A DNA stretch of 64,000 bases, from assembly GCA_031459385.1 (NCBI GenBank), contig JAVKIP010000016.1, positions 1 through 64,000 of the forward strand, read 5' to 3'. Position numbers and translations under genes: made by a program. Below are positions 49,205 through 59,025 of the stretch, in pieces; within the stretch, counting starts at the first letter, position 1; each line of letters starts with the position of its first letter. Source of the DNA: Candidatus Fervidifonticultor secundus. GTDB taxonomy: Bacteria > Sysuimicrobiota > Sysuimicrobiia > Sysuimicrobiales > Humicultoraceae. A model generated the notes under the pieces. The model did not search any database, was not told where the DNA came from, and worked only from the letters and a program-made list of their open reading frames with translations.

Positions 49205-51499
49205 ATGGACTTCGGCGCGCTCCTCGACGACCTGCGCGCGCGCCCCGGCTACGGTGGCCAGATCGTGCACGTTCGGTTCCTCCCGCCCCGGCCGCCGCGC
49301 CACGCCGACCTGGCGCCGCCGCTGCCGCCGGCGCTCGCGGCCCGGCTGCGCCAGCGGGGCATCGAGCGCCTGTACACGCACCAGGTGGCGGCCGTGGAGG
49401 CAGCCCGCCGCGGCGAGCACCTGGCCGTGGTCACCTCCACGGCCAGCGGGAAGACGCTGTGCTACACGCTGCCGGTGCTGGAGGCGCTGCTCGCCGACCC
49501 CAGGGCCTGCGCCCTGTTCCTCTTCCCCACCAAGGCGCTGGCCCAGGACCAGCTGGACAGCCTGCGGGCGTTCGAGCTCCCTGACCTGCCGGTGGAGACC
49601 TACGACGGCGACACCCCGGCGCGGCAGCGGGCCGCCATCAGGGACCGCGCGCGGATCCTGCTGACGAACCCGGACATGCTGCACATCGGGATCCTGCCGC
49701 AGCACTTCCGGTGGCGGCGATTCCTCGGAGGCCTGCGGTTCGTGGTCGCAGACGAGATGCACGTCTACCGCGGCGTCTTCGGCTCGCACGTGGCCAACGT
49801 CCTGCGCCGCCTGTGGCGGGTCTGTCGCTTCCACGGCGCAGCGCCCCAGGTGATCTGCACGTCGGCGACCGTGGCCAACGCGCGGGAGTTCGCCGAGCGG
49901 CTGCTGGGCGTACCCGTGACGACCATCGCGGCGGACGGCGCGCCCGCGGGCCCGCGGTGGTTCGTGCTGTGGAACCCGCCGCTGCGGGAGGGTGCCGCGG
50001 GCCGGCGCAGCGCGCTCGGCGAGGCCACGGCGCTGTTCAGCGAGCTCACAGCCCGCGGCGTGCGCACCATCGCCTTCACCAAGGCCCGCAAGGTCACCGA
50101 ACTCATCGCCCGCTATGCGACGCGGCGCCTGCGGGAGACGGCGCCGGAGGCCGCCGCGCGCATCAGCCCCTACCGGGCCGGCTACCTGCCTGCGGACCGC
50201 CGGCGGATCGAGCGTCGCCTGTTCCACGGCGAGCTGTACGGCGTTGTGGCCACCAGCGCGCTCGAGCTCGGCATCGACGTCGGCGGGCTGGACGCCGCGG
50301 TGCTGGTGGGCTTCCCCGGCACCATCGCCTCCACCTGGCAGCGCGCGGGGCGGGCCGGACGTGGGGCCGCGCCGGCGCTGGCGGTGCTGGTGGCGGGAGA
50401 CGACGCGCTCGACCAGTACCTGATGCGCCATCCCGACTACCTCTTCGACCGGCCGTGCGAGCACGCGATCATCGATCCGGAAAATCCGTATATCCTGGCC
50501 CGCCACCTCCGGTGCGCGGCGGCGGAGCTGCCGCTGATCGAGGCGGACACCACGCTGTTCGGCGCGCGCACCCGCGAACTGCTCCCGCTGCTGGTCGAAG
50601 CCGGTGACCTCGTGCCGCGCCGGGGGCGGTGGTACTGGGTCGGCCGGCAGCGGTACCCCGCGCAGGAGGTGGACCTCCGCGCGGCGTCGGGCGTCACCTT
50701 CCGCATCGTCGCCCCGCGGCGCGTGACGATCGGGACGGTCGACGACGCCCGTGTCTTCGAGCAGGCGCACCCCGGGGCCATCTACCTTCACCAGGGCGAG
50801 ACCTACCTGGTGCGCGCGCTCGACCTGCACGGGCGCACGGTGCACGTGGAGCCTACGGCCGCCGACTACTACACGCAGCCGCGCACGGTCATCGACCTCA
50901 CGATCCGCGCGCCGCGCGCAGCCAGGCCGTGGGGGCCCACGACGCTGCACTTCGGCGATGTGGACGTCACCACGCAGGTGATCGGCTTCGCCCGCAAGCA
51001 GCTCTTCACGGACACGACGCTGGGGGTCGAGCCCCTGGACCTGCCGGCCCGGACGCTGGCCACGACGGCCCTGTGGGTGCCGGTGCCCCAGGACCTGGAG
51101 CGGCGTGTGCGCGCGTCCGGTGGCGACTTCGCCGGCGCCATCCATGCCGTCGAGCACGCCGCCATCGGGGTGCTCCCGCTGTTCGCCATGTGCGACCGGT
51201 GGGACCTGGGGGGCGTCTCCTACCCTCAGCACCCTCAGGTGGAGGGGCCGGCAATCTTCATCTACGACGGGCACCCGGGTGGCGTCGGCATCACCGAGCA
51301 GGCCTACCGCCTGATCGACGCCTTGATGGCCGCGACCCGCGAGGTGATCGAGGCGTGCCCCTGCGAGACGGGCTGTCCGTCGTGCATCCAGTCCCCCAAG
51401 TGCGGCAACCTGAACGAGCCGCTGGACAAGCGCGCCGCGCTGCTGCTGCTGGACGGCCTGCTGGCGCGCGCGCCGGTCGCCGGCGCGGAACGCGCGTGA
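49205..51499 (+). CDS. SF2 helicase with C-terminal DUF1998 Zn domain (MrfA/SftH/Hrq1-like)
   Basis: LYTHQ, TASGKT, PTKALAQDQ, DEMH, TSAT, ALELGID, QRAGRAGR; C..CPCETGCPSC. Confidence 0.93.
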   Translation: MDFGALLDDLRARPGYGGQIVHVRFLPPRPPRHADLAPPLPPALAARLRQRGIERLYTHQVAAVEAARRGEHLAVVTSTASGKTLCYTLPVLEALLADPRACALFLFPTKALAQDQLDSLRAFELPDLPVETYDGDTPARQRAAIRDRARILLTNPDMLHIGILPQHFRWRRFLGGLRFVVADEMHVYRGVFGSHVANVLRRLWRVCRFHGAAPQVICTSATVANAREFAERLLGVPVTTIAADGAPAGPRWFVLWNPPLREGAAGRRSALGEATALFSELTARGVRTIAFTKARKVTELIARYATRRLRETAPEAAARISPYRAGYLPADRRRIERRLFHGELYGVVATSALELGIDVGGLDAAVLVGFPGTIASTWQRAGRAGRGAAPALAVLVAGDDALDQYLMRHPDYLFDRPCEHAIIDPENPYILARHLRCAAAELPLIEADTTLFGARTRELLPLLVEAGDLVPRRGRWYWVGRQRYPAQEVDLRAASGVTFRIVAPRRVTIGTVDDARVFEQAHPGAIYLHQGETYLVRALDLHGRTVHVEPTAADYYTQPRTVIDLTIRAPRAARPWGPTTLHFGDVDVTTQVIGFARKQLFTDTTLGVEPLDLPARTLATTALWVPVPQDLERRVRASGGDFAGAIHAVEHAAIGVLPLFAMCDRWDLGGVSYPQHPQVEGPAIFIYDGHPGGVGITEQAYRLIDALMAATREVIEACPCETGCPSCIQSPKCGNLNEPLDKRAALLLLDGLLARAPVAGAERA

Positions 51500-51573
51500 G
51501 ATGGCCCGCAGCACGTGAGATGGCCACGGGGCGCGGGTGCGAGGGCCATCGGCGCGGCAGGACCGTGACGCCC

Positions 51574-52515
51574 ATGTCGGGCACGCTGTACCTGGTCGCC
51601 ACGCCTATCGGCAACCTGGAGGACCTCACGCCGCGAGCGGCACGGGTCCTGCGCGAGGTCGCGCTGGTCGCCTGCGAGGACACGCGGCGGACGCGCGGGC
51701 TGCTGGCCCACCTGGGCGTGCGCGCCCGGGTGGTGAGCCTGCACGCGCACAACGAGCGCGCCCGCGTCCCCGAGCTGCTGGCGCGCCTGCGCGACGGTAC
51801 GGACGTCGCGGTCGTCTCCGACGCCGGCATGCCGACGATCTCCGACCCGGGGGCCCACCTGGTCGCCGCCGCCGCGGCGGCGGGCATCCCGGTGGTGGCC
51901 GTGCCGGGTCCGAGCGCGGTGACGGCCGCCGTGGCGCTCGCCGATTTCCCCGCGGAGCGGTTCGTCTTTGCCGGGTTCCTGCCGTCCCGTGCGCCGGAGC
52001 GGCGCCGGGCGCTGGCGGCGCTGGCGCCGCTGCCGATGGCGCTGGTGCTCTTCGAGGCACCGCACCGCGTGCGCGCGACGCTGCGCGACCTGGCTGCGGT
52101 GCTGGGCGATCGCCCGATGCTGATGGCGCGAGAGCTGACCAAGGTGCACGAGGAGGTGTTGCGCGGCACGGCGCAGGAACTCCTCGACCGGCTGCCCGAG
52201 CGCATCCGCGGCGAGATCACGCTGGTGGTGGCCGGCGCGCCGACGTCGGCGGGCGCCCGCGGGCCCGCGGCTGCCAGCGAGGAGGCCGGCGCCGCGACGG
52301 CTGCGTCTGGCGCGGCGCCGCAGGCGATGATGTCCCCCGAGGCGTTCCTCCAGCGTCTGCGCGCCGCCGGGCTCTCGCGCCGTGACGCGGGGCGGGCGCT
52401 GGCCGTGGCGTACGGCCTCCCGCCGCGCGCAGCCTACCGGCTGGCGGCGCGCGCGGACGGTGAGCCCGGCGGGCGCCGCAGGTCCACGGCGGATGCTTCC
52501 GGGGAGGGATTCTGA
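51574..52515 (+). CDS. rsmI: 16S rRNA C1402 2'-O-methyltransferase
   Basis: LYLVATPIGNLED, CEDTRRT, VSDAGMPTISDPG, PGPSA, FEAPHR, RELTKVHEE. Confidence 0.95.
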   Translation: MSGTLYLVATPIGNLEDLTPRAARVLREVALVACEDTRRTRGLLAHLGVRARVVSLHAHNERARVPELLARLRDGTDVAVVSDAGMPTISDPGAHLVAAAAAAGIPVVAVPGPSAVTAAVALADFPAERFVFAGFLPSRAPERRRALAALAPLPMALVLFEAPHRVRATLRDLAAVLGDRPMLMARELTKVHEEVLRGTAQELLDRLPERIRGEITLVVAGAPTSAGARGPAAASEEAGAATAASGAAPQAMMSPEAFLQRLRAAGLSRRDAGRALAVAYGLPPRAAYRLAARADGEPGGRRRSTADASGEGF

Positions 52516-52516
52516 C

Positions 52517-52801
52517 GTGCGCCTGTGGCCGCCGCCGCGCGACCTGGTGACCGTGTACGAGGCGACCAGCGAGTTCGAGGCGATCGCCGTGCGCGATGTC
52601 CTGGAAGCCGCAGGCCTGCGGGTGATGGTGCGGTCGCGCCGCATCCCCGGGTACGAGGTCCCGGCCATGCGCGGGAACCAGGCGGGCATCTGGGCCGACG
52701 TCCTGGTGCGGCCCGAGGACGAGGGCGAGGCGCGGCGCGTGGTGGCAGAGTACCTGGCGTCCCTGCGACCGGCGGACAACGCCGACGCCACGACCCCATG
52801 A
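52517..52801 (+). CDS. DUF2007 family small protein
   Basis: VTVY...EAIAVRDVLEAAGL...VLVRPED..EARRVV. Confidence 0.75.
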   Translation: MRLWPPPRDLVTVYEATSEFEAIAVRDVLEAAGLRVMVRSRRIPGYEVPAMRGNQAGIWADVLVRPEDEGEARRVVAEYLASLRPADNADATTP

Positions 52802-53571
52802 GCCGCCCGCGCGACTGGTGGCGCGATGTCTTCGACCGCCCCGCCTTCTTCGAACTCTACGAGCGCTCCGACGTCGAACGCGCCGCCCGGCAGGTGGACC
52901 AGGTGCTCCGGCTCCTGGGCGACGGCGAGTCGCTGCAGGCGCCGGCCCACATCCTCGATGTCTGCTGCGGCTACGGCCGGCATGCCGTGGAGCTGGCCCG
53001 CCGCGGCTTCCAGGTCACCGGCGTGGACATCTCGCCGCGGCAGATCGCCCGTGCCAGGCACCGGGCAGCCGAGGCGGGCGTGGCGGCGCGCTTCGTGGTC
53101 GGCGACGCGCGGGCGTTGCCGGTGCGCGGGCCGTGCGACGCCGCGATCAACATGTTCCTGTCGTTCGGCTACTTCGCCACCGACGAGGAGAGCCAGGCGA
53201 TGCTCCACGGCATCGCCCGCGCGCTGCGCCCCGGCGGCCGCTTGCTGATCGACTTCTGGAACCGCGAGTACGAGCTGCGCAACTTCCAGCCCGTGGTGGT
53301 CGACCGCCGCGCCGACGGGATCATCGAGATCGAGGACTGGTCGTTCGACGCCCTGGGCGGCCGGCTCAACTGGACCAACACCGTGATCTTCCCCGACGGC
53401 CGGCGCGAGGCCTGGGCCCACTCGATCCGGGCGTTCACGGTCGCCGAGATCCGGCGGATGCTGGAGGCGGCCGGGTTCGGCCGGGTCGCCGTCTACGGGA
53501 GCCTGGACGGCGCCCCGTACACCATGGACGCAGAAGCGGCGGTATTCGTCGCGACGCGGTCACGCGCGTGA
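52798..53571 (+). CDS. Class I SAM-dependent methyltransferase
   Basis: ILDVCCGYGRH, GVDIS, GDAR, SFGYF, LRPGG. Confidence 0.9.
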   Translation: MSRPRDWWRDVFDRPAFFELYERSDVERAARQVDQVLRLLGDGESLQAPAHILDVCCGYGRHAVELARRGFQVTGVDISPRQIARARHRAAEAGVAARFVVGDARALPVRGPCDAAINMFLSFGYFATDEESQAMLHGIARALRPGGRLLIDFWNREYELRNFQPVVVDRRADGIIEIEDWSFDALGGRLNWTNTVIFPDGRREAWAHSIRAFTVAEIRRMLEAAGFGRVAVYGSLDGAPYTMDAEAAVFVATRSRA

Positions 53572-53628
53572 ATCGTCGGATGCCCGGGCCGCGCCGGCCA
53601 TGCTGGTGCGCCGGGCCCCGGCGCTTCG

Positions 53629-53657
53629 TTGACACTGCCATCGGGCGTCTCTACAAT
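53629..53657 (+). promoter_or_regulatory. Near-consensus sigma-70/A promoter
   Basis: TTGACA-17 nt-TACAAT directly upstream of the T-box leader. Confidence 0.8.
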
Positions 53658-53678
53658 GAGGCCAGTTCGAAACCGACA

Positions 53679-53946
53679 GGGCGATGACGGAGCGGGAGTA
53701 GGCGGCAGGGCCGGTCGGAGCGAGCCGGGGCGGGTGCGAGCCGGTGACAGGACGCCGCCGAACATGGCTTCCGAGCGTTCAGGCGAACGCAGCGCGCGAC
53801 CGCCAGTAGCCTGAACGGGGTGCCCCCGAGAGCGGGCAGGGGTGGTCGCACGCCACCCCCCGAGGTGTCGGCCGCGAGGTCGGCGCGAATCCTGGTGGTG
53901 CCACGGAACCCTTCCGTCCAGCGTGGGCGGGAGGGTGTTCGTTTCT
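53679..53946 (+). ncRNA. T-box riboswitch, Met specifier (AUG)
   Basis: Stem I: GCGATGA, AGTA, AGCGAG, GGTGCGAG, GAA-C-ATG (53764-53766). Stem II GTTCAGGC..GCCTGAAC with GAA/AGTA. Antiterminator CTGG-TGGTGCC-ACGGAA-CCC-TTCCGT-CCAG (53892-53921); competing hairpin 53907-53939. Confidence 0.9.
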
Positions 53947-53961
53947 GACGGGGAGGACGGC

Positions 53962-54918
53962 ATGCCGGCAGCACATCTCGTGGGAATCTTCCCGCGCTCG
54001 GAGCGCGTGGTCGAGCTGAGCCGCGCCGTGGACCGCGGCCGCGCCACGCCCGACGAGCTGGCCACGGCCGTCGCCGAGGACGAGCGGGCGGTCATCGCCC
54101 TGCAACAGGAGGCCGGGCTCGACTACGTGCTGGACGGCCTGCTGCGGTGGCAGGACCTGCTGCGGCCGATTGCCAGCCATACCCCGGGCATGTTCCCGGG
54201 CGGCATCGTGCGGTGGTTCGACAACAACACGTTCTACCGGCGGCCGGTGATCACGGGCCCCCTGGAGCCGACCGGACGCGCGGTGCTGGCGGTGGTCAAC
54301 CTGCCGGCGCTGGCCGGCCTCCGGTGGAAGGCGGTGCTGCCATCGCCGTTCGCGCTGGCAGCCCTGGCCGACAACCAGTCGGGCCGGACCTTCGACCAGG
54401 TACTGGCCGACTGCAGCGCCGTCGTGCGGGCCGAAGCGCAGGCGCTGGTCGCGGCCGGCTGCGCCTACGTGCAGTTCAGCGACCCCGCGCTGGTGACCCG
54501 CGCGGCGCCTGAGGACGTGGGCCGCGCGCGCGCCGCGCTGGAGCGCGCGGTAGACGGGCTCGGGGTGCGCACGGCGCTGCATACCTTCTTCGGCAACGCA
54601 GCGGCCTGGCTGGACGATCTCGTGCGGTTCCCGGTGGACGAGATCGGCGTGGACCTGTACGCGTGGGAGGCCGACGGCGTGCGGCCCGCCGCGCGCGGCA
54701 AGACCGTGCTGGCCGGGGCGCTGGACGGGCGCAACTCGCTGCTGGAGGACGTCGCCCTGCTGGTAGATCAGGCCGTGCAGTTGTGGCGCGACCTGGGCGC
54801 GGACGACGTGGCCCTGGTACCCAACTGCGACCTGGAGTTCCTGCCCTGGGACGTGGCGGTGGCAAAGACGCGCCGCCTGGGCGAGGCCGCGGCGGCCCTG
54901 CGGGCGCAGGGGAGGTGA
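53962..54918 (+). CDS. Cobalamin-independent methionine synthase, N-terminal half (split MetE subunit 1)
   Basis: GIFPRS, QQEAGLD..DG..W.D, VRWFDNNTFYRRP, LDGRNSLLE; no HxC Zn motif. Confidence 0.8.
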   Translation: MPAAHLVGIFPRSERVVELSRAVDRGRATPDELATAVAEDERAVIALQQEAGLDYVLDGLLRWQDLLRPIASHTPGMFPGGIVRWFDNNTFYRRPVITGPLEPTGRAVLAVVNLPALAGLRWKAVLPSPFALAALADNQSGRTFDQVLADCSAVVRAEAQALVAAGCAYVQFSDPALVTRAAPEDVGRARAALERAVDGLGVRTALHTFFGNAAAWLDDLVRFPVDEIGVDLYAWEADGVRPAARGKTVLAGALDGRNSLLEDVALLVDQAVQLWRDLGADDVALVPNCDLEFLPWDVAVAKTRRLGEAAAALRAQGR

Positions 54919-54923
54919 GCGAC

Positions 54924-56036
54924 GTGGCGACCAAGCTGTTCCCGACGCAGGAGATCGGCAGCCTGGCCAAGCCGGGCTGGCTGGTCCGGGCGACCCGCGG
55001 GCAGCCCGCGACCGACGCCGACCTGGCGGAGATCGACCGGTGGGCGCCGGTGCTGGGCATCGAGGGGGTCGACGACCTGAAGGCGCTGCTGCGCGCGCCG
55101 TCGCCCGACCGCGAGCGGGTGCGCGACTGGGCGGCGCTGTTCGCGATCCGGTTCCTGGAGGCTGCCGGGCTCGACGTGGTCTACGACGGCGAGGCCCGCC
55201 GCGTCGAGATGTACGAGTACGCGGCCCGGCGCATTCACGGCTTCCGCTTCTACGGGCACGTGCGGTCGTTCGACAACAAGTACTACCGGAAGGCCGCGGT
55301 GGTGGACCGCGTGCGCCTGACCGAGCCCTTCCATGTGGACGAGCTGCGGTTCGTGAAGTCGGTGGCGCGCCGGCCCGTGAAGGTTCCGGTGACTGGCCCG
55401 TACACCCTGGCCGACTGGTCGTTCAACGAGTACTACCTGCGGGCGCACGACGGCGGGGCGCGGGACCTGAAGCGCCGCACCTGGGAGGCCAAGCGAGCGT
55501 TCACGCTGGATCTGGCGCGGGAGGTGCTGAACCCTACGCTGCGGGCGCTGGCCGCGGCGGGCGCCGACTGGATTCAGGTCGACGAGCCGGCGGCCACCAC
55601 GCATGCCGACGAGGTGCCGATCCTGGTCGAGGCGTTCAACGACGCGGTGCGCGACGTGCCGGCCAAGATCAGCATCCACATCTGCTACAGCGACTACCGG
55701 CTGCTCTACCCGCACATCCTCACGATGCGGGTGGACCACCTGGCCCTGGAGTTCAAGAACACCGGCGACTACAACATCGTCTCGATCTTCAGGGACTACG
55801 GGGACACGCGGGAGCTGGGCCTGGGCGTGCTCGACGTGCACTCCGACCTGATCGAGACGCCCGAGGAGATCCGGGACAAGCTGCTGGACGCCGCCCGGGT
55901 GCTGGGCCCGGAGCGGATCTGGGCCAACCCCGACTGCGGACTGCGCACGCGAACGTGGGACGTGGCGTTCGCCAAGCTCCGCAACCTGGTGGAGGGCGCG
56001 CGGCTGGCCCGCGAAGCGGTGGGCGCGGCCCGCTGA
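54924..56036 (+). CDS. metE: Cobalamin-independent methionine synthase, catalytic half (split MetE subunit 2)
   Basis: TQEIGSL, DGEARR, TGPYTLADWS, IQVDEPA, HICYS, LEF, LGVLDVH, NPDCGLRTR. Confidence 0.88.
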   Translation: MATKLFPTQEIGSLAKPGWLVRATRGQPATDADLAEIDRWAPVLGIEGVDDLKALLRAPSPDRERVRDWAALFAIRFLEAAGLDVVYDGEARRVEMYEYAARRIHGFRFYGHVRSFDNKYYRKAAVVDRVRLTEPFHVDELRFVKSVARRPVKVPVTGPYTLADWSFNEYYLRAHDGGARDLKRRTWEAKRAFTLDLAREVLNPTLRALAAAGADWIQVDEPAATTHADEVPILVEAFNDAVRDVPAKISIHICYSDYRLLYPHILTMRVDHLALEFKNTGDYNIVSIFRDYGDTRELGLGVLDVHSDLIETPEEIRDKLLDAARVLGPERIWANPDCGLRTRTWDVAFAKLRNLVEGARLAREAVGAAR

Positions 56037-56073
56037 CGGCGCCCCGCGCCGGGGCGGGGGAGGAGGAGCGGCC

Positions 56074-58113
56074 ATGGAGCGGTTCTTCATCACCACGGCC
56101 ATCGACTACGTCAACGCCAGCCCGCACATCGGGCACGCCTACGAGAAGATCGTGGCCGATGCGCTGGCGCGTTACCACCGGCTGTTCGGACACGCGGTGT
56201 TCTTCCTGACCGGTACCGACGAGCACGGGCAGAAGAACGTCACCTCGGCCCGGGCCGCAGGCCGGGACGTCCGCGAGTTCGTGGACGCCAACGCTGCCCG
56301 GTTCCGGGAGCTGATCGACCTGCTGCACCTCTCCGTCGACGACTTCATCCGGACCACCGAGGCCCGCCATGCGGCCGGCGTCCGCGCGATCTGGACCCGC
56401 GTGGCGGCCGCCGGCGACTTCTATAGGAAGAATTACCGCGCCCTCTACTGCGTGGGGCACGAGGCGTTCGTCACTCTGAGCGACCTGGTCGACGGCCGGT
56501 GCCCCGACCACGGCACCGAGCCGGTGGTCATCGAGGAAGAGAACTATTTCTTCCGCCTCTCGAAGTACCGGCCGCACCTGCGCCGGCTCTTCGAGAGCCG
56601 TCCGGACTTCGTCCTCCCGGCCACCCGCCACGCCGAGATGCTGAACCTGATCGATACCCTCGAGGACATCTCGGTCTCGCGGCCGGTGGAGAAGCTGGCG
56701 TGGGGGATCCCGGTGCCCGGCGACCCCTCCCATGTCATCTACGTCTGGTTCGACGCGCTGACCAACTACATCTCGGCGATCGGCTTCGGCAGCGACGAGG
56801 CGCGCTTCCGGCAGTGGTGGCCGGCCCATCACCTCATCGGGAAGGACATCAACCGGTTCCACTCGCTGCTGTGGCCGGCCATGCTCCTCTCGGCTGGCCT
56901 GGAGCCGCCGCGCCAGGTGCTGGTGCACGGCTTCCTCACGGTCGAGGGGCAGAAGATGAGCAAGACGCTGGGCAACGTCGTCGACCCGGGTGAGGCGGTC
57001 CGCGCGCTGGCCGCGCGCGCCGGCACAGAGGCGGCCGTGGCGGTGGACGCGCTGCGCTACTTCCTGCTCCGCGAGATCCCGTTCGGCGAGGACGGTGACT
57101 TCAACCGGGCCGGCCTGGTCCAGCGCTTCAACGCCGACCTGGCCAACGACTACGGCAACCTGTTGCACCGGACGTTGTCGCTGGTGGCGCGCGACTTCCA
57201 GGGCCGCGTGCCCGCCCCGGGCGCGGAGGAGGGCGGGGACCGCGCGCTGCGGACGCTGGCGCGTGCTGTGGCGGAGGCGCTGCCCGAGCACGTGGCGCGC
57301 GTGAACCTCTCGCAGGCGCTGGCCGAGGTCTGGCGGCTGCTGGGGGCGGCCAACAAGTACCTCGACGACGAGGCGCCGTGGAGCGTGCGCGCGCAGGGAC
57401 GGCCGGAGCGCGCGGGGGCGATCCTCTACAACACGCTGGAGGCGGTGCGCATCGCGACGATCCTGCTGCACCCGGTCCTGCCGGTGGCCACGCAGCGGAT
57501 CTGGCGCCAGCTGGGGGTGGCAGCGCCGCTGGAGGGGCAGCGGCTGGACGACACCCGGCGGTGGGGGGGCCTGGAAGCGGGCCAGCCGGTGGCGCCCGGC
57601 GCCCCGGTGTTCCCACGGATCGACGTACGGCGGCCCACAGCCGCGGCGGTGCCCTCCCCGGCGGGAGCACCCGTGGCGGGGCCGTCCGCGGCGGTGCCAG
57701 CCGCAGGGGGGCGCAGCCCGGATCGCGCCGGGGCGCTGGTGCCCACACGGCGCGCCGTGGCCACAGGCGAAGGGGGGAGCGGGGTGACCGAGATCAGCAT
57801 CGAGGAGTTTCGCCGCATCGACCTGCGCGTGGCCGAGGTCACCGCCGCCGAGCGGGTGCCCGGCACCGACAAACTTCTGCGGCTCGTGGTCGACCTGGGC
57901 GACGAGGTGCGCACGGTGGTGGCCGGCATCGCCGCCCAGTACACGCCCGCCGACCTGGTCGGCCGGAAGATCGTCGTCGTCGCCAACCTCCAGCCGCGCC
58001 GCGTGCGCGGCGTCGAGTCGCGCGGGATGCTGCTGGCGGCCACCTGGGGCGACGACGAGGTGGCGATCCTCGGCGTGGATGCCCGGGCGCCCAAAGGGGC
58101 GCGGGTGACCTGA
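56074..58113 (+). CDS. metG: Methionyl-tRNA synthetase with C-terminal tRNA-binding OB domain
   Basis: HIGH, TGTDEHGQK, YVWFDAL, GKDI, KMSKT; C-terminal DLRVAEV...NLQPR..RGVESRGM. Confidence 0.96.
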   Translation: MERFFITTAIDYVNASPHIGHAYEKIVADALARYHRLFGHAVFFLTGTDEHGQKNVTSARAAGRDVREFVDANAARFRELIDLLHLSVDDFIRTTEARHAAGVRAIWTRVAAAGDFYRKNYRALYCVGHEAFVTLSDLVDGRCPDHGTEPVVIEEENYFFRLSKYRPHLRRLFESRPDFVLPATRHAEMLNLIDTLEDISVSRPVEKLAWGIPVPGDPSHVIYVWFDALTNYISAIGFGSDEARFRQWWPAHHLIGKDINRFHSLLWPAMLLSAGLEPPRQVLVHGFLTVEGQKMSKTLGNVVDPGEAVRALAARAGTEAAVAVDALRYFLLREIPFGEDGDFNRAGLVQRFNADLANDYGNLLHRTLSLVARDFQGRVPAPGAEEGGDRALRTLARAVAEALPEHVARVNLSQALAEVWRLLGAANKYLDDEAPWSVRAQGRPERAGAILYNTLEAVRIATILLHPVLPVATQRIWRQLGVAAPLEGQRLDDTRRWGGLEAGQPVAPGAPVFPRIDVRRPTAAAVPSPAGAPVAGPSAAVPAAGGRSPDRAGALVPTRRAVATGEGGSGVTEISIEEFRRIDLRVAEVTAAERVPGTDKLLRLVVDLGDEVRTVVAGIAAQYTPADLVGRKIVVVANLQPRRVRGVESRGMLLAATWGDDEVAILGVDARAPKGARVT

Positions 58114-58225
58114 CGGGTGGGTGCGGGCTGGCGCTGCAGCGGGCGGATGCAGAGGACCGCGCTGATGCGCGAAGGCCGTGGCGCGCGAGTTGCGCGGCGT
58201 CGCGGGCGTCCGGTACACTGGCACA

Positions 58226-59014
58226 GTGATCCTCGAGCTCGTTGACTCCCACGTGCACCTCGACGACGCCGCGTTCACCACAGACCTGGACGCGGTGCTG
58301 GCCCGCGCGCGCGGCGCGGGGGTCTGCGGGTTCGTCAGCATCGGGACGTCCGTCGCTTCCAGCCGCCGCGTCGTGGCGCTGGCCGCGCGCCACGACGACG
58401 TCTACGCGGCCGTGGCCATTCACCCCCACGAGGCGGCGGACGCGACGCCCGAGGCGCTGGCCGCGCTGGCCGACCTGGCACAGCATCCGCACGTGGTCGC
58501 CGTCGGTGAGACCGGCCTCGACTGGTACCGCGACTTCGCGCCGCGGGAGGCGCAGGTGCGCGCCCTGCGTGCGCACCTCGACCTCGCCCGGCGCGCCGGC
58601 CTGCCGGTCATCATCCACTGTCGGGAAGCGTACTCCGACGTGCTGGGTATCCTCGCCGAGCACCCGGTGGGGCGCGTGATCATGCACTGCTTCTCGGGAC
58701 CGCTGGACGTGGCGCGGGTGTGTCTCGACCGCGGCTACTACCTGGGGCTTGGCGGTCCGGTCACGTACCGCAACGCCCGGCGGGCGCTGGAGGTGGCGCG
58801 CTACGTCCCGCCCGACCGCCTCCTCCTGGAGACCGACGCGCCCTATCTCCCGCCCGAGCCCCACCGGGGGCGGCGCAACGAGCCGGCCTACCTTCCCCTC
58901 ATCGCGTGGGCGGTGGCCCACGCGCGTGGCGTCGCGCCCGGGACGGTGGCCGAGATCACCACCGCCAACGCCCGCGCGGCCTTCGGGCTGCCGCGGCCGG
59001 CGGTCCGCGACTGA
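58226..59014 (+). CDS. tatD: TatD family DNase
   Basis: DSHVH, IHPH, VGETGLD, IIHCR, MHCFSG, ETDAPYL, RNEP. Confidence 0.93.
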   Translation: MILELVDSHVHLDDAAFTTDLDAVLARARGAGVCGFVSIGTSVASSRRVVALAARHDDVYAAVAIHPHEAADATPEALAALADLAQHPHVVAVGETGLDWYRDFAPREAQVRALRAHLDLARRAGLPVIIHCREAYSDVLGILAEHPVGRVIMHCFSGPLDVARVCLDRGYYLGLGGPVTYRNARRALEVARYVPPDRLLLETDAPYLPPEPHRGRRNEPAYLPLIAWAVAHARGVAPGTVAEITTANARAAFGLPRPAVRD

Positions 59015-59025
59015 GCGGCGTCCAC

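Noticed and set aside
49205..51499. DUF1998 helicase as a DISARM/Druantia-type defence system
   Set aside because: Single fused MrfA/SftH-type repair helicase among housekeeping genes; the nearby methyltransferases are RsmI and a small-molecule type, not DNA MTases.
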